A stretch of 22,386 nucleotides of DNA from Vulcanimicrobiota bacterium (GCA_003135555.1 PLCF01000078.1:1-22386); one strand, 5' to 3'; positions 1 through 8,216 are shown, counted from the stretch's first letter. The notes: generated from the letters alone by a model not told the origin. A program made the numbers and translations.

Positions 1-155
1 CACGAAAGCCCGTCGATCGATCCGGCGAGCGTGAGCGGCAGCGCGGCCGCGGTCGCGGCGAGCACGACGCGCACAAGCCGCCGCGTCTCGCGATCCCGAA
101 ACGCGATCGTTAGAATCGCCGACAAGAGCGGCGCAGCAATCACCCACGCCATCAT
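1..155 (-). CDS. hyfF: Hydrogenase-4 component F-like / Ehr antiporter-like subunit, N-terminal part (runs off window)
   Basis: ATG at 155 overlaps the hyfE TGA (ATGA). Hydrophobic translation MMAWVIAAPLLSAILTIAFRDRETRRLVRVVLAATAAALPLTLAGSIDGLS. The call rests mainly on position after hyfB-C-E. Confidence 0.6.
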   Translation of the reverse strand, partial: MMAWVIAAPLLSAILTIAFRDRETRRLVRVVLAATAAALPLTLAGSIDGLS

Positions 156-763
156 CCGCGCAGTCTCCGCAGCGACTCGACATCAAGCAGAGGATCGTGT
201 ACAACGATGGCGCGCACGATGGCAAGGCCGATAACCGTGGCTATGAGCGCGTCGAAGGCCGTGCCGAGTTCGATCGGTTCGGGCAGACCCGGAGCCAACA
301 TCGATCCGGCAAAGCCGATCCCGATGCCAAGCACGAGCAATCCGACCATGTGCGCAAGCAGATTCCTGTGGACGATCAGCATCCCGACTCCGCACAAGAC
401 GACGAAGGCGATCAGGTCGGCCATGGGGACCGTTGCCACAGCCGGCAGACGCGTCACCATCTTGGCCAGCAGCGCGAACGCGATCACCAGCAGAAGACGG
501 CCGGGAAGAGGCATCGAAGGCCGCAGATCCGCGGCGGCCGGATTCGCGCGTACGAACAGCACGATCCCGAGGGGCGCCAGAACGACTTTGAGCAGCGTCG
601 CAACGGCGAACAGCGCAAAGGTTACAGGCGCAGCGAGGGCGGCGGTTGCATCCAGCGCGCCTACCATCACGGCAAGGACGACATAGGCGATCAAGACCTG
701 GAAGGTGCGCCCGTTCACGAGCAAGACCGCACCGGTGACGAGGACGACGAGGTCCATTGTCAC
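152..763 (-). CDS. hyfE: Hydrogenase-4 component E-like membrane subunit
   Basis: About 203 aa, multi-TM, ending in the HyfE-like tail DPLLDVESLRRLRG. GTG at 763 overlaps the hyfC TGA (GTGA); alternative ATG at 757. The ORF-track extension to 1015 overlaps hyfC and is not used. Confidence 0.8.
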   Translation of the reverse strand: MTMDLVVLVTGAVLLVNGRTFQVLIAYVVLAVMVGALDATAALAAPVTFALFAVATLLKVVLAPLGIVLFVRANPAAADLRPSMPLPGRLLLVIAFALLAKMVTRLPAVATVPMADLIAFVVLCGVGMLIVHRNLLAHMVGLLVLGIGIGFAGSMLAPGLPEPIELGTAFDALIATVIGLAIVRAIVVHDPLLDVESLRRLRG

Positions 764-1638
764 GCGAGCCCTCCCAACACGCGCAAACCGATGCTTGCCG
801 CAGCCAAGATCAACGCCGTGGCGAGCAGTTGCGGCACCTCGAAGAGCCGCAACTTCGCGAACAGCGTTTCGACGACGGTGACCGCGCCGATGAGGCCGAG
901 GATCCACGGCAAGTGCCGCCAGCCGTCCGCACCACCCGGAAGCAGCATCGCCGCCAGCACGAGGAAGCAAAGCTGACGGATGTAGCCGGCGTACTGAAGC
1001 ATCGCCAGTTGCCATCCCGAATATTCCAGAACCAGCCCCTCATGAATCATCGTGAGCTCGTAGTGCGTCTCTTGGTTGTCGATGGGAACGCGTGCGGTCT
1101 CAGCAAGCAGCACCAAGAAGAACGCCGCGAACGCAAGCGTTCCAGCGAGTCCAAACGGCACGTCCAGCAAGAACGAAAGGTGCGTCCCGTGACCTAAAAC
1201 GGCTCCGCCTAGGAGCGCGAGCAGCAGTGCAGGCTCGACGAGACTGCCGAACGTCATCTCGCGGCTGGCTGCCATCCCGGCGAAGGAGCTTCGGCTATCG
1301 AGCGCAGCGAGCGCAAGCACAAACCGTCCCAGAGCCAAGAGGAAGGCTAACGCGATGACGTCGACGATGCTGTCGACGGCGTTCGGCGTGACGATCGGCA
1401 GCAGCGAAGCGAAGGTAACGGCGACGCCGAGCGCGATCCCCGGAGCGATCAACGGTATCGGTGAGACGCCGTGCGGGAGCAGCGCCTCTTTATTCAAGAG
1501 TTTCGCCAAATCGCGATACGGTTGCAGCGCAGATGGTCCCGGACGGCCTTGCAAGTTCGCGCGCAGCCGCTTCATCACGCCCTGCACCAAAGGGGCGAGC
1601 GCGACGATCGACAGGACCTGGACGAGCAGCAGCATCAT
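760..1638 (-). CDS. hyfC: Hydrogenase-4 component C / HycD-like (NuoH / complex I subunit 1 family)
   Basis: Motifs QGRPGPSALQPYRDLAKLLNKE, FAGMAASRE, AETARVPIDN..THYELTMIHEGLVLEYSG. ATGA coupling with hyfB. Confidence 0.92.
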   Translation of the reverse strand: MMLLLVQVLSIVALAPLVQGVMKRLRANLQGRPGPSALQPYRDLAKLLNKEALLPHGVSPIPLIAPGIALGVAVTFASLLPIVTPNAVDSIVDVIALAFLLALGRFVLALAALDSRSSFAGMAASREMTFGSLVEPALLLALLGGAVLGHGTHLSFLLDVPFGLAGTLAFAAFFLVLLAETARVPIDNQETHYELTMIHEGLVLEYSGWQLAMLQYAGYIRQLCFLVLAAMLLPGGADGWRHLPWILGLIGAVTVVETLFAKLRLFEVPQLLATALILAAASIGLRVLGGLA

Positions 1639-3503
1639 CGAGCTAGCGCAACCGTGACGATCAGCGCGGCAACGGCGTAGGCGAGGTAGATCCGCAGACT
1701 CCCGCTCTGCACCAGGCGTGACCGGCGCGCGAACCGCAGGACCAGCGCCGCAAAGCGTCGGGCTACTTCATCGACGACATAGCGGCTTTCGGTCCGATAC
1801 AAGATTCGCTCCGGGAACCATCGTGACGATCCCATCTCGTAACGCCGCTGACGCTGGGGAAGCAGCACAAAGGCGAACACCGTGAGCAGCGGCTTGGAGA
1901 ACGCGGTGGCCGTATATTGCGCCGCCGCAGTGACCGGCGATCCGCAGGTCCAGGTTGGCACGCTGCGCACGCCACGCCGGGCCGCCATGACGACGCACAG
2001 GAGAGCACCGGCAAGCGGCAGCAGCGCCAACGTCGCCGGCAACATGGGAAGTGTCGGCGGAGTCAGCGCAACCAGGCCGAGCGTTTCTCTCACGACGCCG
2101 GCCAGTGGAACGACCGCAAGCGTAGGGACGACGCCGAGCACGATGCAGAGCCCGGCGAGAAGCCCGACTCCTACCGTCGACGAATCGAGCCGCTCGCGAA
2201 GCTGGGGGCGCGCACCTATACGTCGCGACCCGCCGAGGAAGACGACCCCGAAGACTTTGACGAAACAGGCGGCGGCGAGCCCTCCGGTCAGCGCGAGGCC
2301 CGCGATCGCTGCAACGAGTACGAACGTCGCCGTCAGGCCGCCGCCGAACGCGCCGCCGACCAGACTCTGAAAGGTCAGCCACTCGGAAGCGAATCCGTTG
2401 AACGGCGGCAGGCCGGTGATTGCGGCGCAGCCGATGAGAAAGAACGGCGCGGTCCAAACGAGCTCGCCCCAGAGACCACCAAGACGCTCCAGATCGACTG
2501 TGCCCTCCACCTCGTTGACGGTCCCGGCACCCAAGAACAGCAGCGCCTTGAACAAGCCGTGGTTGATCGTGTGGAACAGCGCCGCGACAAGCGCCAATCC
2601 CGCGAGAGCGGAGCTTCCGGCAGATCGTGCGAAAAGAGCGACGCCGATACCGATCACGATGATGCCGACATTCTCTACCGAGTGGTATGCGAGCAGCCGT
2701 TTAAGGTCGTGATCGACGAGGGCGTACAGGACGCCGCCGACGGCGCTGACCGTGCCGATCGCGACCAGCGCAATGCCCCACCAAGACGGCCCCGGGGCGG
2801 CGAGCTCCAGCGTGACCACGAGTAACCCGAACAGGGCGACCTTGAGCATGGCGCCCGAGAGCATGGCGGAGGCGCTCGCCGGCGCGACCGGATGGGCACG
2901 CGGCAACCAGAAGTGCAGCGGCATCAACCCCGCTTTGGAGCCGAAGCCGAGCAACGCGAAGACGAAGACCGTGTCGCGCAGTCCCGGCGAAAGCCGCGCG
3001 GCGTTTGCGGAAATTGCAGCAAATGACGTATCCCCGGCCGCCAGTGCGAGAAGCGTGAGCGCAACGAGCACGCAGAGCGCACCCGTCTGCGCGACGACGA
3101 GGTACGTGAAAGTGGCGCGTCGGACGCCGCGGCGCTCGTGGTGTGCGGCGACCAAGAATGCGGAGACCAGCGACATCGCTTCCCACGCAAAGAAGAAGAG
3201 CACCACGCTGCGGGCTACGAGTACTAAGAGCATCGACGCCGTGAAAAAGGCGATCAGCAATGGGTCGCGTGGCCCGCCCCGGCGCGTGCTCCACAGGGCT
3301 ACCGCCATCGCAAGAATCGCCAGAAGCGCACAGAACGGCGCGCTCAACGACGTTACGGCGAACGTCAGAGCCAGTGCCGGAACGTTCCCTTGGATCGTCT
3401 CAGCCGGCATCTCGGCGCCGTGCGCTCGAAAGCCGATCACGGCTACGGCGGCCGCGAGAAGGGCGACGACAAACGTCGCAACGAGACCGACCAGGCGAAG
3501 CAC
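1635..3503 (-). CDS. hyfB: Hydrogenase-4 component B / HycC-like proton-translocating subunit (NuoL/MrpD family)
   Basis: Motifs FFFAWEAMSL, GFGSKAGLMPLHFWLPRAHPVAP, DLKRLLAYHSVENVG, GLPPFNGFASEW, TWTCG..AQYTATAFSKP. Probable start GTG 3503 (the ORF is open to 3569). Confidence 0.93.
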   Translation of the reverse strand: MLRLVGLVATFVVALLAAAVAVIGFRAHGAEMPAETIQGNVPALALTFAVTSLSAPFCALLAILAMAVALWSTRRGGPRDPLLIAFFTASMLLVLVARSVVLFFFAWEAMSLVSAFLVAAHHERRGVRRATFTYLVVAQTGALCVLVALTLLALAAGDTSFAAISANAARLSPGLRDTVFVFALLGFGSKAGLMPLHFWLPRAHPVAPASASAMLSGAMLKVALFGLLVVTLELAAPGPSWWGIALVAIGTVSAVGGVLYALVDHDLKRLLAYHSVENVGIIVIGIGVALFARSAGSSALAGLALVAALFHTINHGLFKALLFLGAGTVNEVEGTVDLERLGGLWGELVWTAPFFLIGCAAITGLPPFNGFASEWLTFQSLVGGAFGGGLTATFVLVAAIAGLALTGGLAAACFVKVFGVVFLGGSRRIGARPQLRERLDSSTVGVGLLAGLCIVLGVVPTLAVVPLAGVVRETLGLVALTPPTLPMLPATLALLPLAGALLCVVMAARRGVRSVPTWTCGSPVTAAAQYTATAFSKPLLTVFAFVLLPQRQRRYEMGSSRWFPERILYRTESRYVVDEVARRFAALVLRFARRSRLVQSGSLRIYLAYAVAALIVTVALAR

Positions 3504-3736
3504 GACTATGCCTTGAGTAGGTCTTCGAGAACCGTCGTTCCTTGCCGCGGCGTGCGAACAAAGTCGCACCCGCGTGCCGTGCGGGACATCCCCCCGGTAT
3601 TCGCTCGAACGATACGGACCAGGCAGCCGCCTGGCGGGCTAAATCGTGCTGGACCGTAGGGCGCGCCACGCACGATGCCGCACGCGGTGACACGCGCTTG
3701 CACCAGAACGAACATCCGGGACGATGGTAGCCGGCG

Positions 3737-4390
3737 TTACGCGACTCGCAACACCTCGCTGATCGTCTTGCCATCCCAAATGAGGCGCCAGTCGTCGCGC
3801 TTTTCCATCGCTCGAACGACGCGTGGAATGAATATGCCGACGCATTCGCCGGCCGCGCGCCGTACGCTGGCAAAGAGCACGCCCGCGGCACCAGCGTCGT
3901 GAAGCTGTTGGCCCACGGCTTGCGCTGGCGCGTAGTCTTTGGGGTGATAGATCGACGCGTCGTGTCCGCGCACGTCGGCGACCTCTCCGTCCACGGTGAA
4001 CGTCCACAGCGCGAGAACAACGGTCGCCCCACCCGGCGCCCAAGCCGCCCGCAAACGCCGCGCGTGGTGATACGACACTTCAGCGACCGCAGTCGCGGCG
4101 CTCTCTGCGCCGTAGAGAACGCCGTAGCGCCCTGACGAGAACCGGCTTTGCGAGGGGCGCAGAAACGGCATCATGACGGCTGCGGCGCTGGGGCCGCGGT
4201 ATTGGGCGGCGGGCGGTAGCGCGGCGAAAGCGCCGGCAGCGTCCCGTGCGCGCGGATCGGTCACCGCAAGAACGTCGAGCAGAGACTGCAGGTCGTCGGG
4301 ATCGCCATCGACCAACGCAGCGAGCGCGGCGAGTTCAGCGCCGGGCCGTCCCGACAGTCGAAGTGCCGGCGCGAAGGGGCGGGCGTTCAC
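3737..4390 (-). CDS. RES-family toxin (putative NAD+ phosphorylase, MbcT/ParT-like)
   Basis: R-E-S signature: SRFSSGRYGVLY, TAVAEVSYH, GVLFASVR, plus YHPKDY. GTG start overlaps the antitoxin TGA. Confidence 0.9.
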   Translation of the reverse strand: MNARPFAPALRLSGRPGAELAALAALVDGDPDDLQSLLDVLAVTDPRARDAAGAFAALPPAAQYRGPSAAAVMMPFLRPSQSRFSSGRYGVLYGAESAATAVAEVSYHHARRLRAAWAPGGATVVLALWTFTVDGEVADVRGHDASIYHPKDYAPAQAVGQQLHDAGAAGVLFASVRRAAGECVGIFIPRVVRAMEKRDDWRLIWDGKTISEVLRVA

Positions 4391-4764
4391 CAGCCGACGC
4401 GCCAGCCCTCGACGTACCGACTGACGTCGACGAGATCACCGACGTTTCCGGCGAGCATGCGATCGAGAGGCGCAGCGTCGCCGAAATCCGCGTTCGGACG
4501 GCGTACCCAGTCGTCCGCCAGCGGCGACTCCCCAAGAATCGCGTGTAAGCCGCCGTAGATTCCGATCACGTACGAGAGGCGCTCGACCTGATCGCGCGTC
4601 AGGTCAGCAGCTGCGGCGTCGCTCTTCCAGCGGTCGATGGACCGCTCACTGGCCGCCAGGAGCGTGGCTCGTTGCGCTCGGTCGAGGCGCCAGGAGTCGG
4701 CGATGCGGAAGAAGCCCCGGAGCGCGCCGGAGGTCCTTGAACGGACGGGGGTGGGGACAGGCAT
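4387..4764 (-). CDS. Antitoxin, Xre/MbcA/ParS family
   Basis: N-terminal FFRIADSWRL..ATLL HTH. C-terminal ERLSYVIGIYGGLHAIL..ADDWVRRPNADFGDAAPLDRMLAG. AGGAGG RBS at 4773-4778, 8 nt before ATG 4764. Confidence 0.9.
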   Translation of the reverse strand: MPVPTPVRSRTSGALRGFFRIADSWRLDRAQRATLLAASERSIDRWKSDAAAADLTRDQVERLSYVIGIYGGLHAILGESPLADDWVRRPNADFGDAAPLDRMLAGNVGDLVDVSRYVEGWRVGW

Positions 4765-4777
4765 GGGTTCGGCCTCC

Positions 4778-4821
4778 TGAGTCTCGTGTCTCATTATAGC
4801 GCATTTCGCGCCACGAGTCAC
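4778..4821 (-). promoter_or_regulatory. Sigma70-type promoter and putative autoregulatory operator of RES TA pair 1
   Basis: GTGACT (4821-4816), 17 nt spacer, TATAAT (4798-4793). Imperfect palindrome TGAGacacgagaCTCA at 4778-4793 covers the predicted +1. Confidence 0.65.
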
Positions 4822-4917
4822 GCCGTCGCCCTTGCGAACGCGCCCTCGCTCGTCCTATTCAACGACACGAGCGTTGCGAAGACTCCTAACGCCGAGCCTA
4901 GCTCCAGCTGCAAACTC

Positions 4918-5637
4918 TCAGCCCTCGAGATCAGCTGGGCTGGCGCGAGCATTCGCTGCGACGGCGTGTAGCTGGTGGCGCGGCTCTTCGATCAATGCCC
5001 GCACATATCGATCGCCTGTAGCCTCGAGCTCGGCCGTTGCGCTGATGGTCGTTACCCGGCCATCGCGAAGAACCACGGATTCCCGGCAAAGCGCTACGGC
5101 GTCGGCGAGCACCGACGTCGCGAGGACGACGGTGCACTTCGTTCGCTCGACGTAGGATCGAACGAGCGAGCGCAGCGCCGGGCGTGCATCGGCGTCCACA
5201 TTGGTGAAAGGCTCGTCAAGGAAGAGCGCCCCAGGCTCGACGACCAGGGCTCGGGCGATGGCCAGGCGTTGACGCTGCCCGGTTGAGAGCGTCCGCGCGT
5301 CGGCTTCTCCCACATCGTGCAACCCCACATCGCCTAGCGCAGCGCGAGCACGCCGACGGGCGTCTCCCGCGCTGCCGCCGGCCACCGCAACGTAGACCGT
5401 CGCAACGTTCCACAGGACGCTGCCCCGCAGCACCGCGGGACGCGCGAAGACCGACGCCGAGCGGGCGGGCCGGTCGACCGAACCGGTTGCGGGGATCAAC
5501 CCGTGCAGCGCGAGCAGGAGCGTCGTCTTGCCGGCACCATTGGGGCCCAGCAGCGTCGTCCCACCCGAGCGCGCTTCAAACGTCGGAACGTCGAGCACGA
5601 ACGTTCCGCGCCGTGCGACCAGCCCGCGGGCGGTCAC
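4918..5637 (-). CDS. tupC: Tungstate ABC transporter ATP-binding subunit
   Basis: Walker A GPNGAGKT, signature LSTGQRQR, Walker B LFLDEP. GTG 5637 overlaps the tupB TGA; alternative ATG at 5643. Confidence 0.8.
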   Translation of the reverse strand: MTARGLVARRGTFVLDVPTFEARSGGTTLLGPNGAGKTTLLLALHGLIPATGSVDRPARSASVFARPAVLRGSVLWNVATVYVAVAGGSAGDARRRARAALGDVGLHDVGEADARTLSTGQRQRLAIARALVVEPGALFLDEPFTNVDADARPALRSLVRSYVERTKCTVVLATSVLADAVALCRESVVLRDGRVTTISATAELEATGDRYVRALIEEPRHQLHAVAANARASPADLEG

Positions 5638-6263
5638 GCCCATCGTCGCTGCAACGTCATCGCGACACCGGCGGCGACGGCCATGATCCCGAGCAGCATG
5701 GCGACATACGAGAATGCTGCTCCGAACTCGGCCCTACCAACGGCGAGCATCGTGGCCGTCGTGAGGATACGGGTTTGTTCTTCGATATTGCCGCCCGTCA
5801 TCTGCGCTGCACCGACCTCCGCAATAGCTCGCCCGAACCCGGCCAGGAGCGCCGCCGCAAGACCGGGGGCTACCTCGCGTGCGAGCAACACGAACCGGCG
5901 TGGACGGGGAATCTCCAGCCCGGCGAGCTGCATCGGCAAGGTCGTATCCGACGCGCGCAACGCGATGACGGCAAGCGTACCGATGAGCGGAACGACGATG
6001 ATGGTCTGCGCGAGTGCCATCGCGGCCGGTGTGTAGAGCACGTCCCACGACCCCAGCGGGCCGCTGCGCCAGAACGTGAATGCCACAGCGAGCCCGACGG
6101 CGACCGGCGGTAGCCCGAGCCCCGCCGTGAAGGCCACCAACAGCACGGTACGCAGACGCGACCGTCCGTGAACGATCCACAGTGCGCCGGGGATCGCGAA
6201 GACTGCGGCGACGAGCGTCGCCGCCGCGGAGACTGTGATCGAGAGCGCCGCGATGCCCGTCAC
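5634..6263 (-). CDS. tupB: Tungstate ABC transporter permease
   Basis: GLPPVAVGL, GPLGSWDVLYTPAAMALAQ, AGFGRAIAEVGAAQMTGGNIEEQTRILTT, all TupB-like. Confidence 0.88.
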   Translation of the reverse strand: MTGIAALSITVSAAATLVAAVFAIPGALWIVHGRSRLRTVLLVAFTAGLGLPPVAVGLAVAFTFWRSGPLGSWDVLYTPAAMALAQTIIVVPLIGTLAVIALRASDTTLPMQLAGLEIPRPRRFVLLAREVAPGLAAALLAGFGRAIAEVGAAQMTGGNIEEQTRILTTATMLAVGRAEFGAAFSYVAMLLGIMAVAAGVAMTLQRRWA

Positions 6264-6264
6264 G

Positions 6265-7086
6265 CTAGGGTCCTCTGCCGGCGTCCGGCGTGAACAGCGG
6301 TCGCCCGAAGCGCTCGCGACCGTAGGTCGCGATGATACCTTGGCCGGCCGGAGACGTCACGAACGCGGCGAAGGCTGCGCCACCGGTCGTATTGGAGATG
6401 CGTCCCGCGATCGGCTTGACGACGATGACGTGATAGGGATTCCGGAGATCCTTCGCGTCCTCGACGATCGGAACGATGGATAGCCCCGCTCGCTGCGACA
6501 GGTACGTCCCGTCGTCGGTCAGCGTGTACGCGGCCCGCTGCGAAGCGACGTGCAGCGTGTCGCCCATGCCGCTGCCCGTTTTGACGTACCATGTGCCGGA
6601 CGGCGTCACCGATGCCGCTTTCCACAGTGCAAGTTCCTTGGTGTTCGTTCCCGAGTCGTCACCGCGCGAGACGAACGCTGCTTGCGCACGGGCGATCGCC
6701 GCGAATGCCTCCTGCGCCGTTGCAATGCCCTTCACGTGGGCCGGATCGCCCGCCGGTCCGACGACGATGAACGCGTTGTGCATGACGAGCGCGCGGGCCA
6801 CTCCGCGGTCCTTCGCCATGTAGGCTTCCTCGGCGGCAGGCGCGTGCACCAGCAGCACGTCGGCATCACCGCGTTCTCCCATCGCGAGCGCCGCACCGGT
6901 GCCGACGGCGATGGTCTTGACCACGTAGCCCGACGCCTTTTCAAACGCCGGCACCAGGACGTCGAGCAAGCCCGTGTCTTGGGTGCTCGTCGTGGTCGCC
7001 AAAACGACGGCCGGGCCGGCCCGCGCCGGCGGCGCGACGAGGGAGACGCCCAGGATCAGGATCGACGCGCAGAGCCTTCGGAGCAT
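6265..7086 (-). CDS. tupA: Tungstate ABC transporter substrate-binding protein
   Basis: Signal peptide, TupA signature LATTTSTQDTGLL, VGTGAAL..GERGDADVLLVHAP, FVSRGDDSGT, NPYHVI. Confidence 0.92.
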   Translation of the reverse strand: MLRRLCASILILGVSLVAPPARAGPAVVLATTTSTQDTGLLDVLVPAFEKASGYVVKTIAVGTGAALAMGERGDADVLLVHAPAAEEAYMAKDRGVARALVMHNAFIVVGPAGDPAHVKGIATAQEAFAAIARAQAAFVSRGDDSGTNTKELALWKAASVTPSGTWYVKTGSGMGDTLHVASQRAAYTLTDDGTYLSQRAGLSIVPIVEDAKDLRNPYHVIVVKPIAGRISNTTGGAAFAAFVTSPAGQGIIATYGRERFGRPLFTPDAGRGP

Positions 7087-7160
7087 CGCGGCGAATTGCG
7101 ACCGAGCGCTGCGAACTCCCCCGCTTCCGCGACGTTCCGCACGTCGTCGTCAATCTTTTT

Positions 7161-7346
7161 TTACGCGGGTTCGACTGCGGCGCGATCTGACGGTGCGCGT
7201 CCCGGAGGCTGCAACCCAGCCAAAATGACTGTTACGAGCCGGCGGACTGCGGCCTTGGACGGCAGAGTGCTGGCTGCCCTGACCGCGTGGAGGCAGTAGC
7301 TCGCGAGCTCGTCAGGCGCGATGTCGTTCCGGAGGTCGCCGGCCTG
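7161..7346 (-). pseudogene. Probable 3' remnant of a TetR/AcrR-family regulator
   Basis: QAGDLRNDIAPDELASYCLHAVRAASTLPSKAAVRRLVTVILAGLQP resembles TetR C-terminal helices (G.lR.D...d.lA ... l.GL.p). No HTH or credible start upstream. Recognised from memory. Confidence 0.55.
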
Positions 7347-7470
7347 TGGCTGGACCCGGTACGGGTTTCGCAAGCAATACGAGGAGCGTACTGCGTCACA
7401 ACCGCAGCCGCAGTGACTCCGAGCGGTTCGTACGACCGCGGCGTCATTCGCAGCGGTGATAGGTATCCGG

Positions 7471-8214
7471 CTACTCGCGCAGCGCCTCGGGCGGACCGCC
7501 GCGGTTCCAGCGGATCGTCTCGGCGAAATCCGGCGGCTTGGGTGGGACAAATGCGGAGATGCCGCGGACGAACGTCTCGCGGTCGCTCGCCAGCAACGCC
7601 TCGTTGTGGCGTCGCTCGAAGCCGATGGTCGATGACGGTTTGCCGCTCATCGCGCGGCCGCACGGGCTCCCCGAGATATGCGCGGGGTAGACCTCGACGT
7701 AGTCGGGCAGGACCAGCAGCTTGTCGTGGAGCGAAGCGAAGAGTGCGGCGGCAGCCTGCTCCCCGCCGAGATCGGGCCGTCCGACGTCCCCGACGAACAG
7801 CGTGTCGCCCGTGAACACCAGCCACGGTTCTTGGGCGCGGCTCCGGTCGGTGACGAGGTACGAGACGCTTTCAGGCGTGTGTCCGGGCGTGTGCATTGCG
7901 CGGACGACGACATTCCCGAGCGACACCTCGGCGTCGTCGTCGAGTGGCGTGAACGCGTATCCGATCTCCGCGCTGCGATGGTAGTAGATCGGCGCACCGG
8001 TAGCCTCGGCGAGCGCACGGTCCCCGGATCGATGATCGGCGTGGACGTGCGTGCTCAGGATGGCTTCGATCCGCATCCCGCGATCACGAGCGATTTCGAT
8101 GTATTGAGCGACCTCGAACTGAGGATCGACGACCGCAGCGCGGCCTTCACCGCCTCAACCGAAGATGTACGACGCGCAGCCGGTTTCGGATCGAAGGAGC
8201 TGTCGGAAGATCAT
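7471..8214 (-). CDS. MBL-fold persulfide dioxygenase-like protein (ETHE1/CstB-type) with in-frame TGA at codon 20, probable selenocysteine
   Basis: ATG 8214 with AAGGTG RBS. MIFRQLLRSETGCASYIFG-(TGA)-GGEGRAAVVDPQ continues in frame into THVHADH, HTPGHT, FTGDTLF, GRPDL, YPAHISGSPCG. 247 aa with read-through. Confidence 0.85.
8120..8157 (-). promoter_or_regulatory. Putative bacterial SECIS element
   Basis: mRNA UGAGG CGGU GAA GGCCGC GCU GCGGUC GUCG AU CCUCA folds by eye into one interrupted hairpin. The apical loop starts with G, after a 15-nt spacer from the UGA. Confidence 0.6.
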
Positions 8215-8216
8215 GA

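Noticed and set aside
7087..7470. Moco/Wco riboswitch or ModE box upstream of tupA
   Set aside because: No recognisable consensus on the minus strand; the region is largely the TetR remnant, and TTGACG at 7153-7148 has no matching -10.
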